Both the position numbers and the translations under genes were made by a program. This document shows, in pieces, positions 1-13,345 of a DNA stretch of 64,000 bases. Location of the stretch: assembly GCF_006345805.1 (NCBI RefSeq), contig NC_042997.1:105896001-105960000 (forward strand), written 5' to 3'. The stretch comes from Octopus sinensis (lineage: Eukaryota). The number at the start of each line of letters is the position of its first letter. The stretch's first letter is position 1. The notes below the pieces were generated by a model. That model was not told the DNA's origin. It was given only the letters and a program-made list of their open reading frames with translations, and did no database searches.

Positions 1-389
1 GTGTCTGAAATATCCTAAAATCTTATGCAATCAGAATATGCCCTCCATACTGTTTGGAACACGCTTTGGTTCAGAGCTAGAAGTTTCAAGAAACGAACCA
101 AGCACTTGAACGTCATGAGAGAAAAATATTTGCTAGTATAATACTAACAAGCTCGCCTGCTATGCTGTTCTTGGTAAACATTCATAGAATTGATTGGCAC
201 CTAGCACGTGATTACATAAACACGGCTAATCAGCGAACTCTATTGGTACTCTCAAATACATAATATGAAGGCCTTGTTTAACTTCGGAAATATTCAAACT
301 TAAATCATAAAATATATAATCATACAGTTATCAGCTACTCTCTTAAATTACAGACTTTGTACAAATATTATTATTACTATTATCTAGAA

Positions 390-605
390 GACTGCGAACT
401 GGCAGAATCGTTAGTATGCCAGGCAAATTGCTTAGCAGCATTTCGTCCGTCTTTGCGGTCTGAGTTCAAATTCCGCTGAGGTCGACTTTGCCTTTCGTCA
501 TTTCAGGGTGGATAAAATAAGTACCGGTTCAACAGTGGGCTCGAAGTAACTCGACTTTACTCCTCCCCTGAAAAGACTAGTCTTGTGCCAAAATTTGAAA
601 TCATT
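390..605 (+). mobile_element. tRNA-derived SINE, family A, diverged copy
   Basis: Matches the better-preserved copy at 32051-32280: A-box-like TGGCAGAATCG, B-box-like GAGTTCAAATT, central GCCTTTC..GGGTGGATAAAATAAGTACC domain. Confidence 0.8.
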
Positions 606-1177
606 ATCACTACTATCTTCTTACAATTTAATGTGAATTATTATCAGGTCTTTAACAGTGGCATAATGGTATGCACTTCATTAAATAACGATCGATCACA
701 AATCCTGCTAGTCAGCTTCGACGTTGCATCTTATCCCATTGATGATCTGCAGGAAATATATACTATATTCAGCTCAAGAGTCTACAAATACTCCAACACA
801 TCATGTGTATGTGCGCATGTGCGTGCATGTATGTGCGTGTGTGTATTACAAACTATGCACTTCAGAAGAAATTTATTCAGGGTTAAGGGTCACTAAGTTA
901 CTGGAATGCACCAAGTAAAGGGTTGCGCAGAGATAACGACAAGACTTTTTGCTTAGTATGTAGCGCCAATAGATGCTACCGCGATCAGGGAATTGTCGAA
1001 TTGGTACAGGAAAATCCTCTGATAAATTTCCATATTAATGTCATTGAATAAAACAACGGGTAGAACTTTCAGATCGATGGATTGTTGGTCCTATTCATTT
1101 CTTCATTTCACAAGTGGACTCTCGCCAAAAGGATTTCAAAATGTGCTAACAAGCTTTTTTATCGATTGAAAAGTTAA

Positions 1178-1252
<75 letters not shown>

Positions 1253-1490
1253 TCTTCCGAAAAGAATCGAAATTCACCAAGAAATTCCACACAACCACTA
1301 CGACTGCCCTACTCGCACTACTACTACTACTACAACACCGTGGTCACTGTTGCTACGGCCACAGTGAGAGAATTATAATAATGGAGGTGGGGCGAATTAC
1401 ACTTTCTCAGATCCTTAAACAGTCACTCACGCTGGCAGTGATATGTCTTAGGGAAGGAAAAATTTATAAAAAGATTTCTTTCTCTGCGAG

Positions 1491-1792
1491 CAGATCTAAT
1501 TCTGATTCGTCAAAAAATTGATGACGTTTTTACTTCAGTGGTCAAGCTATTGTCAACCCTGCTTCGTCGGTTTCCTCACACGATACAGCTATGGTCAGAC
1601 CCGATTCTGATTCGTCAAAACATTGATGACGTTTTTCTTCCGTGGTCAAACTACTCGTTCTGCTGGGCTAGCCACCTAACAGGATACAGTCATGGGTCAG
1701 ATCTAATTTCGATTCGTCAAAAAATTGATGACGTTTTTCTTCCGTGGTCAAACTTGTCGTTCCGCTTGGTTGGTTTCCTAACAGGATACAGT
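1491..1792. repeat. Three tandem ~102-105 bp units
   Basis: Units start at 1491, 1596 and 1698; each has CAGA..GATTCGTCAAAA(A/C)ATTGATGACGTTTTT..GTGGTCAA and ends near GATACAG. Confidence 0.85.
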
Positions 1793-2213
1793 TAGGAGTC
1801 TTTTCACTATATTCGTTGAGGCTGGGTTTTGATTGGTTTGGAACTATATGACGTCAGTAAACAGTGCCAGAGACCACAGCTTAGCTGATATAAATCCAAC
1901 AATCACAAAATTTACCAAAATTATGCCAGCAGACGCCGACCAAAAATCATTACTGTTGCTCCCATTGGAACACAAGGTAAAATCTATAATGAACTCCTCA
2001 CCTTTTCAAGAACATGAATTTTTTATATTTGACTCTATTGAATGTATGTCACAATTATGAACTGTTCCATCATACTCTTTAAACATATAGCATGGACTCT
2101 CTTTATTATATAAAAAAATTTTTTTTGATAAGGTTCGTTATTTCAAGAACCGAAACATGTTAAATTAAAATTTATCTAATATAGCGGCATTTTCAAACTT
2201 CATTTTTTACAAA

Positions 2214-2246
<33 letters not shown>

Positions 2247-2250
2247 GTGT

Positions 2251-2286
<36 letters not shown>

Positions 2287-3476
2287 TAGATAGATAGCTA
2301 GATACATACATACATACATACATACATACATACATACATACATACATACATACATACATACATTCATACATACATACATACATACATACATACATACATA
2401 CATACTCAGTGAACCGCATAAGATACAAAGAGGTGGAATGTACAAACTGAAATTAACATAGGGAAACTTGGGGGAGCTTCGGAAAGCATGTTACCAAGGT
2501 ATCATCTAGTTCTCTTATGACCTTGAATGGCTTCATCTGTGTCGTCGCTGAAGAAATGAAGTATTTCGCATAACAACTACGCGCGTCAACGTATCTCGCC
2601 CTTCACATAATCTACGCATTGGTTTCAAAATGAACGGGAAGATTTTTGTGCGTACCATTTCAGGAAATCTTGCACACACACACACACACACATACACACC
2701 ACATGCACCACATACACCGACACATTCACCACACATACACACATGCACCACTCATAGACACACACATATACCCAGACACATGCACCAAACTTACACACAC
2801 ACGAACTCGCACATTTTTACATGTATGTATATATACGAGTGTGTGCATGTGTGTGTACGTGTGTGTGTATAACAAATGAAGGCATAAATACTTAAATCTT
2901 TTGATTGTCTTGTAGATGATAGCGTACAAATATCGAATGGTAACGTTTATATAATTAGTCAATAGCAGGATCGAACAGGACTAGAAGGGGCAAAAATCAT
3001 AAATTAAAGGCTAAGAGTAAAATAAAAACACTCAAAAGATCGAAATTTTATTACCAACACCAGTTCTAAATTTCTTTAATATCTTGATAATTATTTATCT
3101 TTTTGCAAAAGTAGTGTATGGAATTACGAGTGAGAATTTAGGATGCAAAACTGCCCCATGTTCAGGGGTGCAGTACTTCAGACGGCATTGCTGAGGGGAT
3201 TTTTTTTTAGAACAGAAAAAAAAAACACTTTGTCTCACTTGGTTTGCTTAAAAACACCTGCAAAAATGATTCAGACAAATAACTAAAAGTGACTTCATCT
3301 GACTTCCATACTTAAGTTAACCAATAATCTTCCCTCCCTAAATTTAACTCTTGTCTTTATAGACCGAGGGTGTAGTGAACAAATTGTGAGACACAGAGGG
3401 ATTGTAGGAAAGACATAGTGAAAGAGAAATAAACCGAGACTCCTCATGTTTGCAAGGTGGTTGTGCATGCATGTGT

Positions 3477-3516
<40 letters not shown>

Positions 3517-3962
3517 ATCGCTGAGAGTCTGCGTGATCATGTGTATAGGTTTGAATGTTCTGTTTCTGTATGTGCATGCGTGTGAAAGATATGTGCTTAC
3601 AAGTGTGCGCGTAGGTGGTTGTATGTGCATCGTATAAGTTAAACGTATTGTGTTTGTGAGAACATATGAAAAGTACTGTCACACACAAGTACATATACAC
3701 GCACACACACACATGTATGTATGCATATATGATTGTACGTATGTATGTATGTAATTATGAGTATGTATGTCTGCGTGTCTGCGATAATACATGATCATGT
3801 GTCCTATTATAGGCGACATAACGGTTATGTATGTTTGCAAAATCATTTATTTACAGAAAATTTTATGATTAATGAATCTGTGTATATATATATATATAGG
3901 TGGAAAGTTGGAGTATATATATACATATGTATGTATGTGTGTGTATGTATGTTATATAATAT

Positions 3963-4010
<48 letters not shown>

Positions 4011-4784
4011 ATAATATATATGGTGTTTTGTTTATTAATATATCTATATACATTTATTCAAATACACACACATACACACAAACACATATATATTATTTAT
4101 ATAGGTACGCATTCATACATGCACACTACCTATGTGTGTGTATGTGGGTGCGTGCGTGCATGCGTGAGTATCTATGTGGGTGTGCTCGTGTGTGTGTGTG
4201 TGTGTGTGTGTGTGCAATCTTTGTACAATATTTGTACGCTGGTCTATATTCAACGACCATGTAAGCATTTTGTTTATATATGTGTGTGCGTCTGTGTGTG
4301 TGAGTGTGTGTTATAGTGCGTATAGCTGTATTTATGTGGATGTTTAGAAACCTGGGTATGAGGTGATCAAGGTGGCAATATAAGAGGGAGTGGGGAACAT
4401 GTCGCAGCATGACTCCAAATAAGGAAGAGGATGTTGTGCTTGTAGCAAAAAGATGGATTGCAATGGCGACTTCCGGTTGTCGGAGCCGTAAACATATACG
4501 TCCTGTTGAAGTGTAATTATCTCAACGACACATACATATTGGCGCTCCTTGGATGGCTGACTCCATGAGACCGTAGTCAGTCAGTGCCAATTTCTATATT
4601 TCACAGATCTGAGTTCAATTCCTGATGTATATTGGTCGTTTTGTTTCTTTAAACTCTACTTTTCCGTTTGTGAGTTTCATTAAATATCGGCCATTATTAC
4701 ACTGAAACCATGGACAAATTATTAGTTTAATCGAAACCATGGACAAATTATTGGTTTAATCTATGCACAAGGATTTTTTTTAAG

Positions 4785-5004
4785 GGCGGCGAGCTGGCAG
4801 AATCGTTAGGATGCCGGACGAAATGCTTAGCGGTATTTCGTCTGCCGCTACGTTCTGAGTTCAAATTCTACCGAGGTCCACTTTGCTTTTCATCCTTTCG
4901 GAGTCGATTAAATAAGTACCAGTTACGGACTGGGGTCGATATAATCGACTTAATCCGTTTGTCCCTCTCTGTGTTTAACACCTTGTGAGTAGTAAAGAAA
5001 TAGG
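4785..5004 (+). mobile_element. SINE family A, full length
   Basis: GGCGGCGAGCTGGCAGAATCGTTAG head, GAGTTCAAATTC box, TTTCATCCTTTCGGAGTCGAT..AAGTACCAG central domain, GTAGTAAAGAAATAG tail. Confidence 0.9.
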
Positions 5005-5497
5005 TTTAATCGGAAAGGTCTCGGAAAAACTAGTTTTGCGTTTGAAATTCAAATTTTACTGACATTGACTTCGCCTTTCATTCTCTTGGGTTTGAGACCA
5101 TAAAGTACCATTGAAGCAGTGGGTTGATTTAAATGCTTAACTCCTCACTCCATGAGATTTCTAATTCTTTTACCAACTTTTGAAGCAAGTATAACAGACG
5201 ATGATTTGGCAGAATCGTTAAAAATGAGGATAAAATAAGTTGTGGTATTTGTTCGGGTCCCAAGTTTTCTGAATTCAAACCCCAGCGATGACAGCTTTGA
5301 ATTTCATCTTTCCAGGTTTGCAAAAATAAACTACCAGTAAAGTATTAGAGTCAAGATGTTCGACTGTATCCATCTCCCATGTGCTTAAGTAAAAATTAAA
5401 AAAATCAATATTTTGCAGTTTCCACTTGTAAAGATTCTGAGTTATCTAGAATAAAATACCAACCAATACTGTAATCAATAACATCACGTTCGAACAC

Positions 5498-5876
5498 GGA
5501 TGGCTAACAGAATCGTTAGCACGCCGGGTATAATGCTTAGCGTTATTTCGTCTGCCGTTACGTAATGAGTTCAAATTCTGCCGAGGTCGACTTTGCCTTT
5601 CATCCATTCGGGGTCGATAAATTAAGTACCAGTTACGCACTGGGGTCGATGTAATCGACTTAATCCGTTTTTCTGTCCTTATTTGTCCCCTTTGTGTGTA
5701 ATGCCTTGTGGGTAGTAAAGAAATAGGTACTTTGTTCGTCTTTACGTTCTGAGTCTACTTCGTCTTTCACCCTCTCAGGGTTGATAAATTAAGTACCAGT
5801 TGAGTATTGGGACTGACGTAATCAAATTACCCACTCTCTCGAAATTATTGGCCTTGTGCTAAAATTTGAAATAAAT
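5498..5876 (+). mobile_element. SINE family A dimer (full monomer plus 5'-truncated monomer)
   Basis: First monomer ends AAAGAAATAG at 5726; second resumes at GTACTTTGTTCGTCTTTACGTTCTGAG and repeats the central domain. Confidence 0.75.
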
Positions 5877-5890
5877 ATTAACACCTTAGA

Positions 5891-6102
5891 GGCGGAGACC
5901 TGGCAGACTCGTTTGCCCGACGGGCAAAATGCTTAGCGGCATTTCGTCCATCTTTATGTTTTGAGTTCAAATTCTGCCAAAGTCAACTTAGCTTTGTATT
6001 CTTTAGGGTCGATAAAATAAGTACCAGTTGGACACTAAGGGGTCAAGGTAATCGACTTACACCGACCCCAAAATTGCTGGCCTCGTGTCAAAATTTGAAA
6101 TA
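5891..6102 (+). mobile_element. SINE family A copy
   Basis: Same head, B-box and central domain; ends CTCGTGTCAAAATTTGAAA like other copies. Confidence 0.8.
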
Positions 6103-6541
6103 GTTATTTCATCCGTCTATGCGTTCTTATTTCCGCCTAGGTTTACTTTGCCTTTCATCGTTTCGGAATCGATGAAATAAGTACCAGTTAAGCATAGAAG
6201 AATTAATTCTTCTGTATTTAGAGGCTTTTGAATAGATTTCGTAGTACTTGATAGGAGGAAATCGAGATTAAGTCCAAGGTAGTAAGTATGCATCCTGCAT
6301 CTTCTTTCTACTTGTCTTGCGAGAAGATTCTGGAAAGAAGTGTCTAATAAGTAAATATGTCTGTTTTTGGAGTTCTTATATGTTGCACCGCAACAGCTTC
6401 GCCAATGTGTCATTTTACTATCAGTTTCGTGAGTACATTTCCTTCCCTTTATTACTTTACAAGTTTCAGGTTTGGAACATCGCTTCTCACAAGTTTGACG
6501 AAAGAAATGTCTGTGTGTTTGAGTGTGTTTGAGAGAGAGAG

Positions 6542-6595
<54 letters not shown>

Positions 6596-6739
6596 TGTGT
6601 GCGTGTGTGTGTGTGTGCGTGTATACATATATGTGTATGTTTACACTTATATTTTGCACATTTTTTCATTTTATATGGTTTTTATATTCGCACTATTATC
6701 CCAGTACCCACACCCGCAGATCCTCACACACGCACACAC

Positions 6740-6821
<82 letters not shown>

Positions 6822-6901
6822 CATATTTATATATATATATGTATATATGAATATATATGAATCTATATATTATATCGTATTTATACATGCATATATACAT
6901 A

Positions 6902-7281
6902 TATAATCAAAATAAGCAACAAGGATAACCAGAGGTAATGCATATGATCGTTTCATGAGACTCCATTTAATTGAACAATGCAAACATTACTTCAATGTAA
7001 AATGTAGAGCAATCTTTAGCTGCATAAAAATATAGAATTTAGTCAAATTCGAAGGACTCATTTGTATAATTTTCTTCTTATCCAAAATCTTATCCTTTTA
7101 GTGAATTTGGATAAAAAGAAAATTATACAAATGAGTCCTTCGAATTCTATATTTTTATGCAACTGAAGATTGCTCTACATTTTAAATTGACGTAATGTTT
7201 GCATTGTTCAATTAAATGAAGTCGCATGAAACGATCGTACTGCATTACCTCTGGATATCCTTGTTGCTTATTTTGATTATA
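6902..7281. mobile_element. MITE / fold-back element, ~380 bp near-perfect palindrome
   Basis: Left end TATAATCAAAATAAGCAACAAGGATA is the reverse complement of right end TATCCTTGTTGCTTATTTTGATTATA; pairing continues inward for ~170 bp; TA at the ends. Confidence 0.9.
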
Positions 7282-8123
7282 ATCACCCCATTTTGAATTA
7301 TATGGATAATACCATAATAAATTCTGGTACTTTTAACTTATGTACCATATTCATCTGAATCTAAATTTTATATGCTTATATATGTAAATGTATATATGTA
7401 TATGCATGTATGTATGTGTGTATATATGTATTCCTATCTAGTCATTAACGCATGGTGTAATCATTCTCTCGCCATCAGTTTCATACGTTTCCCTTGTGCA
7501 AGGGTTTTTACTAGACCTGATATGTTTTTGTAATATGATTCCATTTCATTTACTTCCCTTTTACAGTATGTAATTTATGCGTTTATAATTCATTCGTTGT
7601 CCGCTGTTTATTGCTGTTTATACCTGTGGTATTTTACGTAGATTCTCGAAGAACAGAGGATTAAAGAAGCCAATGCAACAGAGCATGTAACTATATCAAA
7701 CGGGTAACTAAAACACAGTGATTAGATTTGAACTATGTTTAGCAACAAAACTTGTAGTAACTCAGGTAAATAAGTTATTTTTTTATTAAATATAACTAGT
7801 CCGGGAAACTTTTGATACCACCTCATATATCTTCTGAAGAATATAGAATATATAGTGTATATTATAGAATATATTCACTCGCTACATCATTTCTTTCTTG
7901 TTTGTATGTCAGTCTTGTATCCTTATTCGTAATAGTGTTGGAAATCCTTTATTTGAAATTCCAAAATCAGAAAAAACTGAAAAGCCAGATTTTTTTTAAA
8001 TCTGACATTACACGGCACAAGTGAAAAATTGCAAAATTTGTTGTGACTAAAGGTGTTGTGTGCCGTTACGACACTTAAGTTCGTAAACAGTCATCATCAT
8101 GTTTGTTTTGATTTTTTTGAACA

Positions 8124-8305
8124 GCATACGATAGGCTTCTTTCAGTTTCCCGTTACCAAATCTACTCACAAGGTTTTAGTCGAACCGGGTCTATAATAGA
8201 GAACACTTGCCGAAGTAGCCACCCAGGGGGACTGAACACGGAACCGTATGGTTAGGAAGCAAACTTCTTCCCATAATGCCACTCTTGTAGCCATGCCTGC
8301 GTCTG
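8124..8305 (-). mobile_element. SINE family D, 5' half (diverged)
   Basis: Reverse complement resembles the family D head at 60844 and 27900-28066 (..GGCAAGTGTTCTCTATTATAGACCCGG..GAAACTGAAAGAAGCC). Confidence 0.7.
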
Positions 8306-8799
8306 TAAAATATTTTTTCAGTTTGGTTCTTTTTAACTGCAATTATGTTTTAATACCTTACTTAAAACCTAATACCTGAATAGTAAAGAAATAAATGACG
8401 GTATTAAGTATAAGACATTATTAAAATGTATGTAAAACTGCATTCAAAGTGTATCAGGTATATTATGAAATATAAATAGATATTGTGTTTAGACCGCCAC
8501 ATACCCAAGCTGTCTCAGTTTAGGGCTACAAATTAAAAACATACTCAGAAATCAGGAAAAAAAAATAATAAAATTAAATTCGCAACACGAATTTTGGATA
8601 ACAGGTTTTTAACTACGGTCTGAAAAGGGTTAATAAAATGGTGTTGAAAATTACTTTATAACAATAAAGTTTAAGCTTATTTCCACTGAGTTCTATTATT
8701 TATTTGTCTGGGACTGTATTTATATTTGAAAAGAATGCACGAACTCTCACCAGAATTCTTTTTAATTATCATTTACATATACCTTTTATTTGATTCAGC

Positions 8800-9129
8800 T
8801 AAACATCTGCAAGATCATCAGCATAGTCTGTGGTTTACGAAACAGAACTAGATACAGGGCACTCAACCGAAATCCAGTATGTATAAAGTTCCACAAATTA
8901 TATTTATGTGCATCATTTAAAATGCCTTAACTTTGGCGCGCTGAGATCGGAAATTACTCTGCCGTTAGTAAACTACAGCAGTCAATTTACCGGCTACAGA
9001 ACATTTTTTATTTAAAATTAAATAAGGGTAGAAATTGATATTAATCAATTAAAACCAGCGCCCTGTATCTAGTTCTGGAAATTGTGTTTCGTAAACGACA
9101 GACTATGCTGATGATCTTGGAGATGTTTA
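8800..9129. mobile_element. MITE with ~60-70 bp terminal inverted repeats
   Basis: 8800-8860 TAAACATCTGCAAGATCATCAGCATAGTCTGTGGTTTACGAAAC..AGAACTAGATACAGGGC is the reverse complement of 9060-9129, apart from a 9-bp indel and a few substitutions. Confidence 0.85.
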
Positions 9130-9693
9130 CGTATCCATATACGTAAATATTAACAAGTGAAACTAATTAGTACATAGGTAATCGTTTTTTATTTCGTATA
9201 TTTTCATTTGATTTGCTTATTTTTACACTTTGTTTTTTTGCTGAATTTTTTCTTGAGAATACATTGTTCGTGGAAAATGGCAATTTTGACGTCTATATCT
9301 AGCATACAGGCTGTCCACTTTTAGTGGACAGTCCTCTAAATTTTGTATATATATATATATACACACACATATATATATATATATATTATATATATATACA
9401 TATATATATATATATGTGTGTGTGTGTATGTACGTATGTATGTATGTATGTATGTATGTATGTATGTATGTATGTATGTATGTATGTATGTATGTTGTAT
9501 GTAGTATGTATTTATGCATGTGTGTATGTGTGTGTGTATATATGTATCGTTTGTCGACTAGTTCGGTTTTTCATTGGTATCTATGATAACCATTACCCCA
9601 TTCAGACAAGGAAAAGACCAAAATAACATAGCGAATTACCACACTCATACACACACACAGATACGCCTGCGCGCGCACACTTCTTTTATCTTT

Positions 9694-9900
9694 CCCTTGT
9701 TTCAGCTACTGGACTGCAGCCAATCTGGGACACAGCTTTGAAGCGTTTCATCGAGTAACTCGACCCAATTACATATCTTTAAGCCTGATACCTATTGCAT
9801 CGGTTTCCTCTTGCTAAACCGCTAGGTTACGGGGACGTAAGTAAGTCAGCACCAGCTCTCAAGTGGTTGTGGGGGACAAACACAGCCACAAGGATACAAA
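9694..9900 (-). mobile_element. SINE family D, 3' half (diverged)
   Basis: GACTGCAGCCAATCTGGGACACAGC..GCTAAACCGCTAGGTTACGGGGACGTAA..GGGGGACAAACACAG, matching other family D 3' halves. Confidence 0.7.
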
Positions 9901-9937
9901 CGCATATGTATATATATATATATATATATGCATATGT

Positions 9938-10242
9938 GGAGGCGCAATGGCCCAGTGGTTAGGGCAGCGGACTCGCGGTCGTAGGATCGCGGTTTCGATT
10001 CCCATACCGGGCGTTGTGAGTGCTTATTGAGCGAAAACATCTAAAGCTCCACGAGCCTCCGGCAAGGGGTGGTGATCCCTGCTGTACTATTTCGCCACAA
10101 CTTTCTCTTACTCTTTCTTCTCTTGGCTTGCTCACTTAGCTAGCGGGGTGGCGTCATTTGAAGGCTAAAACAATGCGAAGCGCATTGTGACCAGCGATGT
10201 GTAACAACATCTGATAGCCTGGTCGGTCACGTGATCACGTGA
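9938..10242 (+). mobile_element. tRNA-derived SINE family B, tail type i
   Basis: GGAGGCGCAATGGCCCAGTGGTTAGGGC head with A box TGGCCCAGTGG and B box GTTTCGATTCC; ends CACGTGATCACGTGA. The same tail occurs alone at ~13550-13670. Confidence 0.9.
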
Positions 10243-10350
10243 TATTTATTCATATATACATATATATATATGCACACACAGACACACACGTATAATACAG
10301 AGAGATAGATATTAGATATATAGATATATGTATACATGCATACACATATT

Positions 10351-10421
<71 letters not shown>

Positions 10422-11078
10422 TTGGATAGATAGATTTTTGGAAGTGTATTACGTCCTGAGATACACAATGTGACACGCATACATACATGTAAGTGTATGT
10501 ATGTGTGCTTGTAAGCACATGCTTGTGTCTGTGTATCAGTGTGTCTGTATGTGTGAGTACGTGTGTACACGTGGATTTAATGGCGGGTTACCAACAATCG
10601 TGAATTATTCAAGAAAGAAAATATCAAATCATAGCAGGACATATTTAGCCATTAGATTACTGGAGTTAGTGATGATGACGGTGGTGGTTGTACGGTGGTG
10701 GTTGTGGCGGTGGTAGTGATTGTAGTGGTGGTTATGGTGGTGGGGGTATAGTCACTATAGGGGGAAAATGTCTGCTGCCTGTGTTTTCTTTGACAACAAA
10801 CACAGTTAAACACTGTTATAATGATGTGACATGACCGGTTTATGTATATTTGCTGCTGTCAACGGAACATTTGCTAGATCCGAACAGGTGGCTCTTTTGC
10901 CAAATGAGATAGCAAATCTCCCTCTTTGTCTCCTTCTCCCGTTTCTCTCTCCCTCCCCCACTCTCCCTCTGTCTCTTTTACTCAGCAGCCATTTCTTTAT
11001 AATTTTACCAGATTCCTTTCTAACTGTCAGTCTCTCCTCTCTCTTTCTCTCTGCCTCTCTCTACCCCCTCTCTCCCCC

Positions 11079-11127
<49 letters not shown>

Positions 11128-11760
11128 TCTCTCTCTCTTCCGACAAAATCTTTTTTTCCATCTTCTTTTTCTCCTCTGCCCTTCCGTTCTCCCGCTCTCT
11201 CACCCGATAATGCTTTTCTGCCCTTGCAAGAGAAATTACTAAGCCGATTCCGTTCTGCAAATTATATTTCGCCACGTTAGGGTTGCACGTTTACTATGAA
11301 TGCATTTATACATATAACTGTACGTGTCTGAGCGTGACTACGTGCATTTACCTATGTATGCGTGCATATATTTATGTGTGCATGTGTATATGCACGTCTA
11401 TTAATGTGTGCATGCGTGTGAGTGTATGTATGTGTGTGTATACATATAAGTGTTCAATTTGTTGTTAGGTTTGCGGATTAGTATCTTTTTCGTACAATAA
11501 TTTTTTATTTTATTTTATGTATTGTTATTATGTCTTGCCATGATTACGTGGGTGTATGTTGCTTTCCTTTAGCACTGTGGGACTGTCTGTAAAATCTACA
11601 ACACAGAATCTCAAAATGTGCAATTAGTGTGCTCTTTAACTAAACACACACACATGTATATAACATATATATTATTAATAATATATATAATATATATTAA
11701 TATATATATAATATATATGTACATATATAAACTATATATACATATATACATATCTATGCG

Positions 11761-11801
<41 letters not shown>

Positions 11802-11833
11802 GTATGTATTATATAGTATATAAGATATATATA

Positions 11834-11888
<55 letters not shown>

Positions 11889-12132
11889 GTATGTATACAT
11901 ACATACATATAATTAGTCTGTAGATGTTCGCTATACGTATACACATACGTACACATGCGTTCGCGCGCACATGCAAATCTATTTATTATGTGTATGTGTG
12001 TGTGAGAGAGAGAGAAAGACAAGTCGATGGCTCAGCATGGTCTGAGACCAATTACTGGAAGCTATACAAGCATAAAATAATAAGTGTTTGATTGTATGTG
12101 CGTATATCATACATGTGCATATATATATATAT

Positions 12133-12170
<38 letters not shown>

Positions 12171-12178
12171 GAGACTGC

Positions 12179-12675
12179 GGAGGCCCAATGGCCCAGTAGT
12201 TAGGGCAGCGGTCTCGCAGTTGTTGGATCGCGGTTTCGATTCCCAGACCAGGCATTGTGAGTGTTTATTGAGCGAAAACACCTAAAGCTATACGAGGCTC
12301 CGGTAGGGGATGGGTGAACCCTGCTGTACTCTTTCACCACAACTTTCTCTCACTCTTTCTTCCTCTTTCTGTTGTACCTGTATTTCAAAGCCTTGTCACA
12401 CTGTGTCATGCTGAATCTCCCCGAGAACTAAGTTAAGGGTACAGGTGTCTGTGGAGTGCTCAGCCACTTGCACGTTAATAAATGAGCTGCGACGTCACTG
12501 GTGCCAAGCTGTATCGGCATTTGCCTTTCCCTTGGATAACATCGGTGGCGTGGAGAGGGGGGGATGATATGCGTGGGCGACTGCTAGTCTTCCATAAACA
12601 GCCTTTCCCATGCTTGTGCCTAGGAGGGTAACCTTCTAGGGGTAATCCCATGGTCATTCATGATCGAAGGGGGTC
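12179..12675 (+). mobile_element. Chimeric SINE: family B head joined to the family C 3' tail
   Basis: Head as at 9938; 3' part (TGCGACGTCACTGGTGCCAAGCTGTATCG..ATCCCATGGTCATTCATGA.CGAAGGGGGTC) matches ~20815-21005. Confidence 0.85.
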
Positions 12676-13345
12676 ACACAATATAGGAGACCAAAAATGT
12701 ACGTACGCCGCTATATGCATATATAAAAAAAGAGCGAAACAAAAAATGGAACAAAAACGTAATAGGTGACAACAAAACATTCGGACAGCAACGACGATCT
12801 GGAACTCGACTGACTATAGAAAGCTCCGAATGACCCGTCCTTGTTTTTCCCCGTCGTTTTACAATTCACCTTCGCAGTAACATGAGGTATACTGGGACAA
12901 AGTGAAATTAAAGTGCTCAGTTTTAATTATTTTTTTTGTTCGTGTTCTCTTTACAACTGAAAGTGTTTTCTTTTTTCAACAAAATGGAACTTGAAAGTTA
13001 CAAAATCTATGAGAGCAGAAATAACAGCCAAATCTCCAGCAAACTCTTTTTTTGCAACTGAAAGTGTTTTTTTCTACAAAATTTTTCGACACAATTTTCC
13101 TACAAAATTTGAAACTTTTAAAGTTATTTTCGCCAATTTTTTTTTTTCAGAATCGGTAACTCCATAGCCGAAAACGGGGGTTTTCGTAAAAATAATTTTT
13201 TTTTAAGTCGGGGGAGGGTCTGAGTTACGTCTCCGACATGTGAGTAAGGTATTTACTGCATGACCAACCTCAGAAGTCAGCACAGGCCATTGCACTACAA
13301 AACTCTATAAAATGGTCAAAACACCTCACACAGGAACTTAGTTTG

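Noticed and set aside
1491-1792. CRISPR-like repeat/spacer appearance
   Set aside because: Eukaryotic context, only three units, the variable parts are homologous to each other, and there are no cas genes.
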